Shown: piece after piece, positions 1-12,946 of the stretch | Layout of the letters: the number at the start of each line of letters is the position of its first letter | Position numbering within the stretch: position 1 is the first letter of the stretch | DNA from: Lama guanicoe | Taxonomy: Eukaryota | DNA length: 64,000 nt | Direction of reading: 5' to 3' | Assembly (NCBI GenBank): GCA_013239625.1 | Contig: MU053645.1 | Location: 496,001 to 560,000 of the forward strand | The notes under the pieces: generated by a model | Databases searched by the model: none | Seen by the model: only the letters and a program-made list of their open reading frames with translations | What the model was told of the DNA's origin: nothing | Program-made: the position numbers and the translations under genes

Positions 1-149
1 CCATAAAATGCCATTACATAAAATATAACTCAATATGGGAGACTATTTGTATGGTTGTTTTTAGTGGAAAAAACTCTTTTTAAAAGTACAATACTTCAAT
101 AAAATGATTGCTAAATTTAGCTTCGTCATATTTAAAACCCAGTGACAAG

Positions 150-800
150 ACATTCCAAACAAGTTTAAACAAAAAAGCAATAGTCTAGGCATAATATACA
201 AGACAAGGTATTAGTATCCAGAATATATAAAGAACTCTGGAAATTCAATTAGAAAAGAACAAACTCCCCAACAGAAACATGGGCAGAAAATATGAAAAGG
301 TCACAGAATAGAAAATACAAATGTCCAATAAACATTAGAAGATATGCTCATTCTCAACAAGCAAATATGAAAATACAAAAAGAACAGTAATGAGATACCA
401 TTTTAAAACCATCAGATGGACAAATAATGACTTAGTTTGATGATAACATAAAATCCAACAATTCTCTCTCTCAGTAGCTAAGCTAGGAAAACATGTATGT
501 GTTTATATGAAAATTTTCACTGCAGTGATTTGTAATTGTGAAAGACTAGAAACCCTATATCAATTGGGGGCTAAATGAACAAGCTGTAATATATCTATAC
601 TATGGAACATGATTCAATAATTTACAAGGATGTGGTACTGATGAGGCATAGTGCTGAATGAAGCAAACGCAAACTTGCATATATTTTTTTGTACAGGAGA
701 ATGCCAATTTCATAAAAACAGGAAACAAAAATAACACTATATTTTCTAGTGCTACGTATCTATGTATGTAAATGCTCAGAAAATGTTCTGGTTTAAAGGG
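150..800 (+). mobile_element. Old LINE-1 (L1M-type) ORF2 end/3' UTR remnant
   Basis: Degenerate L1 motifs: tatccagaatatataaagaactc, atgggcagaaaatatga, aatgagataccatttt, atactatggaa. Confidence 0.7.
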
Positions 801-1022
801 ATGCTAACCTATGATATATTTATGTGTTACTTATATAATTAAAAGTTTAAAATGGAGTAAGGAATGTGCTAGGTTTCTTTGTATTTAAGTATTATTAACT
901 ATGAACTGTTGTTTTTGGTAAGACTAAAAGGCTGTTTCCTCAATCATACAGCTTACAACAAATTATTACAGGCAGGCCTATGCCAAAGACAGGACTCTAC
1001 ATTCATTTAGCTTCCCCAACAA

Positions 1023-1252
1023 CCAAGGCCAAGATTATGGAGAAGTGAGCAAGGCAAAGTCATCTAAGTAAAGGACTGGGTCTGCCTTTAGTTTAAAATA
1101 TTGATATTTAATTCATTATGAATTTTTGCATTAATTTTGATTTTTAAAAGAACATTAAATATTATTTATTTTGATAACTGGCTTTTTTGGTGCCCCCTAC
1201 ATTTCGCACCCAAGGTGAGTGCCTTATTCACCTCTCCATAGCACAAACCCTG
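1023..1252 (-). mobile_element. MER96B-like hAT MITE
   Basis: Right end ggtgccccctacatttcgcacccaaggtgagtgcc...ccctg and AT-rich core resemble the reverse complement of MER96B; TIR-like left end ccaaggccaagattatgg. Confidence 0.6.
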
Positions 1253-1254
1253 TG

Positions 1255-1395
1255 TAATAACACTGTGAATCTGGTATTATTACATTCATCTTTCAAGTGA
1301 GGAACTTGGTCTAAGGGCACACAGCTAGTGAGCTTGTAAATAATAGACTAGGATGCAAACTCAGGCCCATTAGACTAAACACTCATGTTTACCAA
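1255..1395 (-). mobile_element. MIR SINE fragment
   Basis: tattattacattcatctttcaagtgaggaact...cacacagctagtgag core. Confidence 0.55.
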
Positions 1396-2149
1396 CTCAA
1401 AATTTTTGTACAGTTTTACTTTGTTTTGTTCATTAGTTCAATGGACCCATGTTAATTCCCAGTGATAATGTACTCTATACATCTTCCATGTAGCTGTGCT
1501 TCACATCCGATTTGGCAATTTAGTTTTAGCCTTGGAACACAGTTCATGGGAGCACTCTGTACATTGCATTACTTACAATCTGTCAGAGAGATATGGAAAA
1601 AAGTTTTGTCAGTAATAGGATATGAATTATGCAATACTGGAGTGGTTTGAACCATGCTCTTCAAAGAGAACAACCATAAACTTGTGTAGACTTGAAGACA
1701 GATTTATTGGTTCCACCTCATTTTGACAAAGGGGTACTTGAAAATTAAGTTACTGACAGCTCATTGTGAATTTTCATACCAGTTTGGGGAAACAATCAAT
1801 GAACAGGTATTTATTGAATACTCACTTTTCTCCCCTCTCAGTGGTTCTCAACCAGGAACAGTAGAGGCCCTACATGGGGATTTGGAAATGTGTATGGATG
1901 TATTTTGGTTATCCAAATGACAAATTGAAAAGGATCATTTAACATAATCTCAAAAAAGAAGAGACTAAATGTCTGGTGATGGGGAGTAAAGAAGATTTGG
2001 GGAGTCAGGAAAGACTTTATGGAGGTTTTATTGCAAGTAAGTCTTTGGCATGTTTGGATATGGGGAGAAAAGTATTCCAGGCAGAGGGAAGATGTTGAGC
2101 AATTAATATGTAGTGACTACTAGTCACTACTGCTGACTACTACTGCCTA

Positions 2150-2270
2150 CTATTTACTACTCACTATATGCCGGGAACTGTTTTAAGTGTTTTATAAGTT
2201 TTAACTCACTTATTCCTTACAGCAATTGTATGGGATTAGCAATTCTGTAAGATTAGGATAAGATCATAGA
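2150..2270 (-). mobile_element. MIR SINE fragment
   Basis: cactatatgccgggaactgttttaagtgtttt...taactcacttattccttacagcaa. Confidence 0.55.
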
Positions 2271-2806
2271 GAACTCTGTCAGACTAAAAGACTTGGGAAA
2301 TGTGATTAAGTATATTTCTACACTGGATAGCCCCAATAACATGCTCATTAGCATATTAAAAATTGAGAGAAATTCCAGTGGTAAAATTCCTGTTTCATAT
2401 TGTTTAACCCAAACTCTAACTTATTTGGTGGCAAAACATTTTTATCCATCAACTTCCATCAGGGTACCAACTGAACATGTTCTAGGAAACTTGGTAGATA
2501 AGGAGGAGTTAAAGAACCTTGGATTAGGCAAATACATTTTAAGTGGAAAACACAAAAATTTGAATTCTAAAATTTAAAAAACTAACTGTCTTCCACCAGA
2601 ACTTAAAACTTTTGTTCCTTATATTATACGTTTAAGGAAGTGAAAGGTAAGTCCAAGACTAGAAGAGATTTGTAAAACAACTGATAAAGAGCATGGGCCT
2701 TAAATATGAACAAACTCTTACAACTTAATAATAAGAAGGCAAGTTTCCTGATTCAAAAAAATAGGAAAAATATTTGAACACTTAATTCGCCAAAGATAAT
2801 ATATGA

Positions 2807-3816
2807 CTCATTAAACTCAATATTAAAAAAAAACAACAACCTAATTGAAAAATGGGCAGGAGATCTGAATAAACATCTTTTCAAATAAGATGTGCAGATG
2901 GCTATCAGGAATATGAAAAGCTGCTCAACATCACTAATCATCAGAGAAACGCAAATTGAAATCAAAATGAGATATCACCTCACATCTGTCAGAATCGCTG
3001 TTATCCAACAGACAACAAATAACAAGTGTTGGTGGGGATGTGGAGAAAAGAGAACCCTAGTAAACTGTTGGTGGGAATGTAAACTGTTTTAAGGAGGTTC
3101 CTTAAAAAACTGAAAATAGACAGCATATGATAGAGCAATTCTACTCCTGGGCATATATCCAGGAAAAACTCTAATTTGAAAAGATACATGCACCTCACTG
3201 TTCATAGCAAAGCTACTTACAATAGCTAAGACATGGAAGAGACCTAAATGTCCATCACAGATGAATGGATAAAGATGTGGGGGGGGTGTGTGTATATATA
3301 TATACACACACACACATATATATATATACATATACATACATACAATGGAATATTACTCAGCTCTAAGAAAGAATGAAATAATGTATTTGCAGCAACATGG
3401 ATGGACCCAGATATTATCATATTAAATGAAATAAGTCAGAAAGAGAAAGAAATATATGATATCACTGACATGTGGAATCTAAAAGCAATGACACAAATGA
3501 ACTCATTTACAAAACAGAAACAGACTCAGACATAGAAAACAAACATGGTTACCAAAGGGGAAAGTGGTGTGGGGGATAACTTAGGAGTTTGGGATTAACA
3601 TATACATATTACTGTATATAAAAGAGATAAACAACGAGGACCTACTGTATAGCTTGGGGATCTATATTCAATATCTTGTAGTAGCCTATAATGGAAAAGA
3701 ATCTGAGAAAGAATATATATAATATATATGCACACACATATATATAACTGAATAACTTTGCTGTACATCTGAAACTAACACAACATTGTAAATTAACCAT
3801 ACATCATTAAAAAAAA
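2807..3816 (+). mobile_element. 5'-truncated LINE-1 (ORF2 C-terminus + cetartiodactyl-type 3' UTR)
   Basis: ORF 2892-3092 resembles ORF2 C-terminus ([11 protein letters not shown]...CWWECKL); 3' UTR ends in an A-run; outer TSD caaagataatatatga 2791-2806. Confidence 0.9.
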
Positions 3817-4423
3817 CAAAAACACTAATTTGAAAAGATATATGTACCCCAATGTTCAAAGAAGTATTATTTACAATTGTCAAGATATGGAAGCAGCCTA
3901 AGTGTCCATTACAGGTGAATGGATAAAGAATTATGTGTATGTGTTCATAATAGCTCCAAACTGGGAAACACAATGCAATATTACTCAGCCATAAGAGAGA
4001 ATGAAATTCTGCCATCTGTGACAAGGATGGACTTAGAATGTATTTTGCTTAGTGAAATAAATTAGACACAGAGAGACAAATACTGTACATTATCATTCAT
4101 ATGTGGAACTTAAAATAGACAGCAAATGAATGGATATAACAAAATAGAAACAGATTCAGATATAGAGAACAAGCTGGTGGTTACCAGTGGGAAGAGGGAA
4201 GTGGGGAGTGGGAAGGGGGAGCTGCAAGACAGAGGTAGAGGATTAAGAGGCACAAACTACTATGCATAAAATAAATAAGCTACAAGGAGGTATTATGCAG
4301 CACACGTAATACAGCCAATATTTCATAATAACTTTAAATGGAGTATAAGCTATAAAAACGGTGAATCCTGTTGTATACCTCAGACTAATACAATGCTGTA
4401 TATCAACTATATTTCAACTAAAA
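3817..4423 (+). mobile_element. Second LINE-1 3' fragment with a different 3' UTR type
   Basis: ctaatttgaaaagatatatgtaccccaatgttc...ggattaagaggcacaaactac...; followed by TSD copy caaagatgatgtatga 4424-4439. Confidence 0.85.
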
Positions 4424-5164
4424 CAAAGATGATGTATGAATGGCAAATAAGGACATGAAAAAAATAGCATCATTAGTTATTCAGAAAATGCAAAATAACA
4501 CCACATTGAGATGCTACTTCACCTGCAGTAGAATAGCTAAAATTAAAAATATTGACAATATCATACACTAACAAGGGGCAACTGTAATGCTTGAGAGAAT
4601 GCAAGATAGTACAGCACTTCAGAAAACAGTTTGGGTGTTTCTTTCAAACTTGCACTTACCATATGGCCAAGCAATTCTATTTAGAGGCAGTAAAGATATA
4701 TGCTCACAGCAGCTTTTTTTAAATAATAGTTCCAAACTAGGAAAAAAACTCAAATGTCCCAAGAATTAGTGAATGCATAAACAATTTGCGGTATATCCAT
4801 GCAATATAAAAATGACTGGAACTACCAATACATATAGCACGGATAATCTCAAAGTATTATGCTAAATGAAAGATGCCAGACACAATATACCATATACTAT
4901 ATACTCTCATTTTGATGAAATTCTAGAAAAGGCAAAACTATAATGCTATAAAGCAGGTCACTGGTTGCCTGGGGCTAGATAGGTCGTGGGGATTGACTGT
5001 AAATGGGAACAAAAGAATTTTGGGGGGTGATGAAAATATTCTATAGCTTGATTGTTGTGATGGTTACACAACTGACCACTACCAAAACTCATTAAACTAT
5101 ATACTTAAAATTGGTTAATTTTATTTTATATAAATTATTCCTCAAAGAAGCTGGTATAAAATTT

Positions 5165-5960
5165 GCAGCAAATATGGCAGGTAATGGTTTATATCCTTGA
5201 TATATATATATAAATAGTATAAGTCAATGACAAAAAGATTAACATCTAAGTGGAAAATTGCCAGAGTACATGGATGGATAACTCAAGATAATCTGCAAAT
5301 AGCCTATAAACCAAAATCCTAACTCAAATTAAAGTAATACAAACACCAGTAATTGAAATGCTATTTTCCTACCTAAAATACACATGTATGTGTGTCTTCT
5401 AGACATTGGAGGGTATGGAAAGATGAACATTTATATATACTGCCAGGATGGTTGTAAATCTATACAATATTTTTGGAAAAAAGTTTATGTTATCAAGTGC
5501 CTCAAAAATATGTATTCTCTTTGATATAATAATGTCCACATCTAGAACTCTATCTTAAGGAAATAGGCACAGATACAGTTTAAACATTATTAACAATAAT
5601 ATTCATTATTCTGGTGAAAAACTAGATGCAGTCTAAATGTCCAAAAAGAGTAGAATGATTAAATAAATTATGGTATAGCCAAGTGGTAAAAAAAAATCAT
5701 AAAACATGATTCAACTGGCTTCTGAAGAATGTTTAACTACATGGGGAATGTTCATAATAAAATATTGAATAAAAGAGATAAAAATTAAATATACAGTAGG
5801 ATCTCAAGTTCATAATCCCTCTATATTTATAATTATATATGAAAACTGACCTGAAGTACACTGAAATATTAACAGCCATCATCTTCATACTTCATCAACC
5901 TATACTTTCCAAATTTTCTACAATGAACATTTGTAACTTTTATAATCAGCAAATAAACAG
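5165..5960 (+). mobile_element. Very old L1 (L1ME-like) 3' remnant
   Basis: ctaaatgtcc...ttaaataaattatggtat and tactttccaaattttctacaatgaacat motifs. Confidence 0.6.
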
Positions 5961-6661
5961 CTGTCAACATTATTTTGAAAGTACAAAAACAAATAAAATT
6001 TAAATGCTATGTTTTGGCTATGGAAAGTGAAATTGCAAGAGCATAGCAGTACAGTCAAACCCAAATTAACTGTGCAGTTAATACCGCTTTAGTTCATCCA
6101 TAGCAGATGGCACATCGCAGATTCTAGGTTAAGCCCTCGCTTCCAGGTTCCCTGTCCCATGCCAGTTGGTGTGTATCCAGGGACTTTCAACCACTTTAGA
6201 TGTTAGTCAGAACAAAAACTTAGGTGAGTTCACAGAAGAAAAAAAGAATATCCCAGAATGTATTTCCAAACCAAATGTTAATGATTTAGGAGTATCTCTC
6301 TTCTCTCCATCCATTTGAATTATGTTATCCATGTCCTTCTTACTCAGTAGCATGGAAATGTAAGATATTTTGTAATTTTTAAAATGTCCATAAAATTCTT
6401 CAAGTTGTACAAAACTGGCCTTATGCAGCTTAGCAGAATTCATTCTAAAACAATCAAAAGGGCTGCTAAACCCTCTTTCTTTAAAAGTTCTCCTAGGGAT
6501 ATTTTTCTGCCTTACTCTCTGAGCAACCTTTCCTGATAGAGCCACAAAGGCTTGGCTTGATAATTTTTTGGTTTGACAAATTTTTTGTTTTCTTGCTCCA
6601 TCCTGCAACCTTTAGATACTTATATTGTGAAATCTGTCTGCTGCTGGCTTTTCTTGTTCAG

Positions 6662-6730
6662 AATCCACGCTACTCTGCTACCGCTGTCAAAGTCCTACAT
6701 GAGCAGAATCCCCAGCTGTCACTAGAGTGT
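6662..6730 (+). other. Candidate 69-bp exon
   Basis: ggcttttcttgttcAG acceptor, TGT|GTGAGT donor, open phase-0 frame NPRYSATAVKVLHEQNPQLSLEC. Confidence 0.25.
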
Positions 6731-7479
6731 GTGAGTACAGATGACTGCCCTGGGCCCTCTGTTAGGGGAAATGGGGGATACATACTATCGGCAGCAGTAC
6801 AGTTATTCAGCTGGTGGATACAATGGAAGTAGCCTTTGCCAGAGTAGGCCAAAAAACTACATGAGGCTCACTTAACGTTAATTTTTAGCCTCCCTCCTCA
6901 CGCCAGCACCAAGGCATAATCATTGCCTAGGAATATCCTTCTTCAAGGCTATTTCTCTCTATATAACTGAGGCTGCCTATTCAAAAGCTCTTTTAAATTT
7001 TGGTTTATTTTAGCCTGATTTCACTGGATATAAATACGGAACTTGGGACAGGAAAGTATATAGGATGATTGTCATCAATACTGCATTGAATAGTCTTAAT
7101 AATATAATAGATTTATTTACTAACACATATCTATTAAGTATGGAGTGCAAAGATGGTTTTATATGAACAGTTTACTTGCAGCAGGTAAGTTGTACAAGAA
7201 TTCTGTGTTACATTTCTCAGAGAGTGGGGCAGAGGGAGAGAGAGCGCTAGCATGCAACATGGGTCCTATTCACCGGTGTCCACGGTAAAGCAAAAGAATC
7301 GGACCTGGGCTTCAAGGACTATCTTAGTCTCTTAGCTATCAGTGTAATGGTCTGTCAGGACACTACAACCAATTCAAATCATTTATCTTGGGCTTAGGAA
7401 GGGTGTCCAATATTTGATTTGCAACATTTTTACCAACCTATTGATGTTTGAGGCAATACTAACTAATGCATAAATAACA

Positions 7480-7700
7480 TGGACAGTTGTTAGAATCAGA
7501 ATTGAGCAATGACTTTCTAATCTTCATATTTATGTGATCCTGAACAAACTGATGTTCCTCTTTGAGCCTTACTTCCTTATCTGTTATGTGGAGTATTACT
7601 ACATACTGTACAGATTTATTGTAAAGAATAAGTGTAATAATTCATGTAAAAGTTAGCTTAGTATCTGGCTCCTAGGAAAGCCTCAAAACTTATTAATAAT
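7480..7700 (+). mobile_element. MIR SINE
   Basis: tgtgatcctgaacaa...ctctttgagccttacttccttatctgt...tgtaaaagttagcttagtatctggc. Confidence 0.65.
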
Positions 7701-10700
7701 AGTATGAGTAGCAGTAGTAGAGTTATTGTTGTTATTATTTATTCTCAGCCTGCTTTTTCAGTGATTGCTAAATATAAATTACTGAATGCCATGGTGGAGG
7801 CCAGTTTGCTAATGTTTTCCTGGAGAATGAAAGGGTAAATGTGTTCGGTTCCTTTTTTCTAAGTCTTTTTATTAAGTTTAAGATTTTTTTTTAAGTTTTA
7901 GCCATGATTGTATTTAAACTTTCATCTTCCTATGTGAATTTATTTTAGGGGTTGAAAAATCACCATAGGGTTTGCATTTTTTCCTGAAAGTGAAGCTTAA
8001 GTCATTAGTATGACAAGACAGACACGAAAAGTTAGTTGGAAGAAAAATAATTACTCTATTTCAGCACTGATATTCCCAAATGCCAAGTGTAAATGTAAGT
8101 AGCAAGTAGAACTTTTTCCCCGGTGGAAATCTCATCCACAAGACCTGCAAGTCAAGCAAAAGTTAGGCAGTAGGCAAATACTGAGAGTTTACGTCTAATA
8201 TGATTCCTGAGGGGAGAGGGCTGGATACTACAGTAGCTGGAGTTTCTATCCAATGGGATTCAATTCCTGAAGAAGCAGGTAGCCCTCAATATAAAACAGA
8301 TTTCAATTACAAGACGGCCCCAGAACCTGGACCTTGAGGGCAACCCAGATTCATTATTTTATTCATTTATTCAACAAACATTTATTGATCACACAGCTCT
8401 AGAAAGTCATTTAAGAAAGGTTCCATTATATAGACTTTGGAAACCACTGACAGATTTTCAGTGTCTCCTAGTGACAGGAACAGTATGAACTTGTCTGATA
8501 AATATTAGGACTAGAGTTTGGCTTCTGTTCCCTTTGTAATTATTAGTGATGTACTTTCAAGGGGCCGACAGCTTTGAAAGCATTTCACCCCACACTGAGC
8601 TCCAATAACACTTGCATCAGGGGTTTCCTGGCTTGTCTCCTTACCTTTGGTATTTGGAATTCTAGAAGGTTAAACTAAAAAGGGCCTATTCCAATTCCAG
8701 TGAGGCAGACTGTATTACTTTAGAAAAGGTATTAGTTACTGTGATTTAAAGTGATTTAAAGCATAATTAAAGGTACTTGTTGGAAAAATGTCAAATGTAA
8801 ATAAGAAAAAAAATCAAACCAAGGTCAGCAGGCATGGTCTATGTCTTATATAATCGTATGTTTGGCATATCACTTAACCTTGAACATACTAGGTGACTCC
8901 TCCATTGAAAAAATAGTTTGTTTCAGGACCTATCCCCAGTATGAGACAATCATATATATTTACTAATAGATAGGCATGTTCATGAAAGCTGGGCAAAAGC
9001 ATTTACAGCTTTTATGCTATAACAGATGATTATAAAGTAAGTCTGTAAAAAGAAAGTGAAAATTTTCCTACAGCTGGAAACATCTTGAACTCTTCAAGGC
9101 TGACATAACTTCAGAGCAATGGAAACCACATTTTTGAATACATCCTAGGTCCTACCACAGAATGGAAAAAGAGATGGGGTTTGGTATGGGTAGTGGAGGA
9201 GTGTGGTCAGCAGAGGGGAAACTATTATAGTCTGACACTTTAAACTTCTTCAGTGTAGAGTTATGGGTGAGGGTGGTGGGAGGGTGGGTACATGCTTTCT
9301 CATGGATCAGTGTTGCCTGGAAAATATGCCCTCAATTTTGGTTGAGGAAAGAGGTATTTAACATTTAAAAAAATCAATCAAATTAATCACAATAGTATGT
9401 AGCTAGTGCCTACTATATGGGAGGAAAAGGGAAGCAGAAGAGATATACTGTCATTGTTATAACCAGAACCTAGTTGAGGTGACAAAACAGATTGTGGTAA
9501 ATCATGTTTCACTTTGTTAGTGCCATCAGCATTAAGCATGAGGGCAAAGACGTAGCTTCAGAGTTATTGGAAACAAATTCTCTGGCTCAACCTTTCACAG
9601 TTGTTCCCTTAAGAAATATTCAATGAGAATATTAAAGTAAGTTTTAGGCATCCTTTTTTTTGCAAGTTTTTTAGAAGTAACTTTCCACTAATGTCACACA
9701 GGCCCATCAAACAGTGTGATTTTTTCAGTCTTCAGCTCCATTATGAAAGAAATGCTTTGCTTGTAGTAGGTCCTTGATGATATTTTGAATAAATGCATAT
9801 ATGGTAATTGCTTTTTCTAAAATTATTAACCATATAGCTGGTTTACATTACTCACTGCAATCCTCTCATGGCATCTGCTACTTCTGGAGCATTTTGCAGA
9901 TTTCCCCATTAAGTCTATTTACCACTAACAAGGTAGTAAAGTATTGCATATAAGTGTTTATCACATAACTATGTCTTAGGGCCCCAACAGAACATATTAC
10001 TCAAAGGAAATGACTGGGCTAAGCTTTCTGACTACCTCCAAGGTGACTTCTGGAATCTGTATAGAGCATGAGCACATTGTATCCTGCAGATCTACTGCCC
10101 TACTGAAATTTGGCATAGTAATGCTAGACTGATTCCTTATCTACTTTTGTATCTTTAATTCTAACCACACCAATAGGTGATCTGGTTAAAGTCTGTAAGA
10201 TTCAGGGGATGTTGAAATAAGTTGTACCTATTAGCATGTTGTATAGAATACTTCTTTTTCCCACCACACATCTGGCAATATGTACTGCTGCAGTCTCACA
10301 AAACTGTACCATCTGCCACAATGAAAAGCGAGCTCAGGTTTCTCCCAAGTATATTTAACACTACTATTTTAATTCTCTAAACACAGTATTAACATAGAGC
10401 TGATTACGCATTCAAGTACCATCACAGGTAAGTAAGGGACCATTCAACACTCCACACACCCACTTACTCTCTAGCCTTCCTCTGGACCTTCCAGTGATTC
10501 CTGTCTGATGGAGAAAGAAGTTAAAACACGTTCCTCTTAGTTGATCCTTCTAAAGAAAGACAGATCTGAGAAAGCAAGTGTCATGGGCTATGAATGATAT
10601 TCTCAGACATGTGATTATCATCCAAAGTTTAAATGTCAGTTCTTTTTTGATTAGCCTGGCTGACAGTAACCTGAGGGACTTACAAGGTGGGACTGCAGTT

Positions 10701-10779
10701 TACAGATCTTGCTTTGCATGGCAGCCTGCTGATCCAGCGGGTTTTTCTTTTCATCTTCTCCCTCTTCTCTGCAGGCTCC

Positions 10780-11700
10780 ATCCCCTCAAGTCTTTCCCAT
10801 CCTCAAGAAACACTCCCTTGATTTAAAAATCCCTCTAGTTACTGGTTTCAGTCTTTTCAGAAAGATTACTTGAACTATTAGCTTATATTCACTGTTTCCT
10901 TTTCCTTCTTTCCCAGTCACTGTGTTCACTAAGGTCACCAATGACCTCCACGTTTAAAAACCCAATGAATAATCTTCTGCCATGTTATTACTTGATTTTT
11001 TGATCTGTTTCAGGTATTTGATATGCCCTCTTAACATTTCATTTTCCCTTGGCTTTCACAATACTTCTTTTTTCCCTCCTTACCAGTTGGAAGCTCCTTT
11101 GCAATATCTTTCATCGTCTTCCCACTCTTCTTCATGGGCTTCCTCTGCAATTTTTTAGATACTGGGTGTTAACCCTGATGCTCATCCTTGGCTCTCTGCT
11201 ATAGAGTTATTTTTTTTTAAACCATTCATTCCAAACCATGGCCAAAATTTCCAGTTATATCTGATGACTTCAAGTCTGTATTTCAGAACTCTTCTTTATT
11301 TTTTATGTTTTGTATTGTCAGAACTCTTAATTGTGTTCCAGACTCATGTTTCAGCTTGCTTAAAATATTGTTTCCACCTAGATGTCTCACAAGCATATAA
11401 TATTCGACATGTCCAAAACCAAACCCAACTTATTTCCCTGAAATTTTCCTCCTTCCTATCTCATGGTACTAATATGTGTGTAGTTTTCTAGGCCAGAAAT
11501 TTGGAAGTCATACCATATTCCTCCCTTTTCCTTAGTATTAACATCCATACACTCTTTCACAAAATCATGTTGCTTCTGTCTTCCGAATAATACTAGCATC
11601 TGTTTCAAATTCACTCATATTTCAATTTTCACCACCTAAATGTAAGTATTCATCATTTCTTGCCTGGCTAAGAATACTCTCCTAATTGATTTCATTCAAC
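10780..11700 (+). mobile_element. LINE-2 internal fragment
   Basis: aaggtcaccaatgacctccac, tccacctagatgtctcacaagcat, catgtccaaaaccaaac L2 motifs; pyrimidine-rich. Confidence 0.7.
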
Positions 11701-11726
11701 ATGAATAACATTTTAATGCACCAGAG

Positions 11727-11953
11727 TAGGGGTTATCAAACTTTTTCTATAAAGGGCCAGATAGCAAATAATTCATGCTTTGCCAGTCATTGAGTTTCTG
11801 TTGCAACAATTTTGCCAACATAGTGTGTGTGAAAACAACCATAAATAATCCCTAAATTTAATGAATGGGCATGATTGTGTTCTAATAAAACTTTATTTAC
11901 AAAAGTAAGGGCTGGTCAAATTTGGTCCTTAGGTCATAGTTTGCTGACGCTTC
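11727..11953 (+). mobile_element. MER58A-like hAT-Charlie MITE
   Basis: aggggttatcaaactttttctataaagggccagatag...taataaaactttatttacaaaa...catagtttgctgac. Confidence 0.85.
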
Positions 11954-12885
11954 AACAAGAGGGCCATGTCTTGAATCCTTTTATAGAGCTAAGAACTAAT
12001 TTTGATATTTGTGCCAATTGGGATTTTCAAATGTTAGGTTTACTTAAAACAAAGTACACTGTTACTTAAGAAACTATGTAAGAGTTATTAACCTCACAAA
12101 GATCTAGGACCAAAAAGTAATTAATTTCCATCCATGAACTCTCTTCCTGGCCATAACACAGATTTAAGCTTTCCTAAGCAATCTATAAGTCTATGTTTTA
12201 ACTTGGAAAATAAACAATCTTCTAAGAATTATTTGCTTCATTGGATTTGACATATTAACCTTGTGGTTTATTTTATTTTTTCCTGATGCTAAAGTTTCTT
12301 GTAAATCACTTCCTATTTCTAGGTGTTTGTGCCTCTAGAGTAGGGGGAAATCCAGAGCCTAATAAATATTGGGCATGTCCTGGAAAGACTGAGGTCACCA
12401 AATGCTCCTATGATCTATAATGTCATCGGGCATGCAAACTAAGAGTCCTTACTCTGAAGGAAAAGTGAAATTAGAAGTACTTGGAAAGTTCTCACTTCTA
12501 GAGATGGAGGTAAAATTTTAAAAATGTGATTCTGAAATTTGATTTAGGGACTGATCATTAACAAAGACTTTGGTAATTTCTTCTTTAGTAGAAGAGAGAA
12601 AATTAGGGGTAAAGCAAGGGTTTAATCCTATATATGAGTGGGAGGTTATCTTCTGTAGTCCAGTTTTTGTGAGCTTCCTCCAAGTCTCCCTTACCATACT
12701 GTCAAATTATCAAGCATTATTAGATATGTATTACCATGTCCTCTTTTAGCACTTTCCTTTCCAGAGACAAATCTGATAAGATTATTTTGTTAAATTGTTC
12801 TAGGCAATGTTCTATTTGAATTTAGGCAATGTTCTTGAAGAATAAATCAAGAAGAAATAAATTATTATCAAAAAAGTAACACATC

Positions 12886-12946
12886 TCACAACATTGTAAA
12901 ATGATTATAAATCAATAAAAAATGTTAAAAAAAGCACACCTAGAAA
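12886..12946 (+). mobile_element. Extremely 5'-truncated young LINE-1 tip with perfect 16-bp TSD
   Basis: TSD aaaaaagtaacacatc at 12870-12885 and 12947-12962; insert nearly identical to the L1 3' terminus at 24234-24280. Confidence 0.9.

Larger units (their letters stand above)
2550..5160 (+). mobile_element. Old L1M 3' region, interrupted by younger L1s at 2807-4423
   Basis: L1 ORF2-end motifs continue colinearly on both sides of the insert; 3' UTR ggggtgatgaaaatattcta...ggtggttacac-like at about 5025-5070. Confidence 0.75.

Noticed and set aside
6207..6608. 133-aa minus-strand ORF
   Set aside because: No recognisable domain or splice structure; composition typical of random AT-rich DNA.
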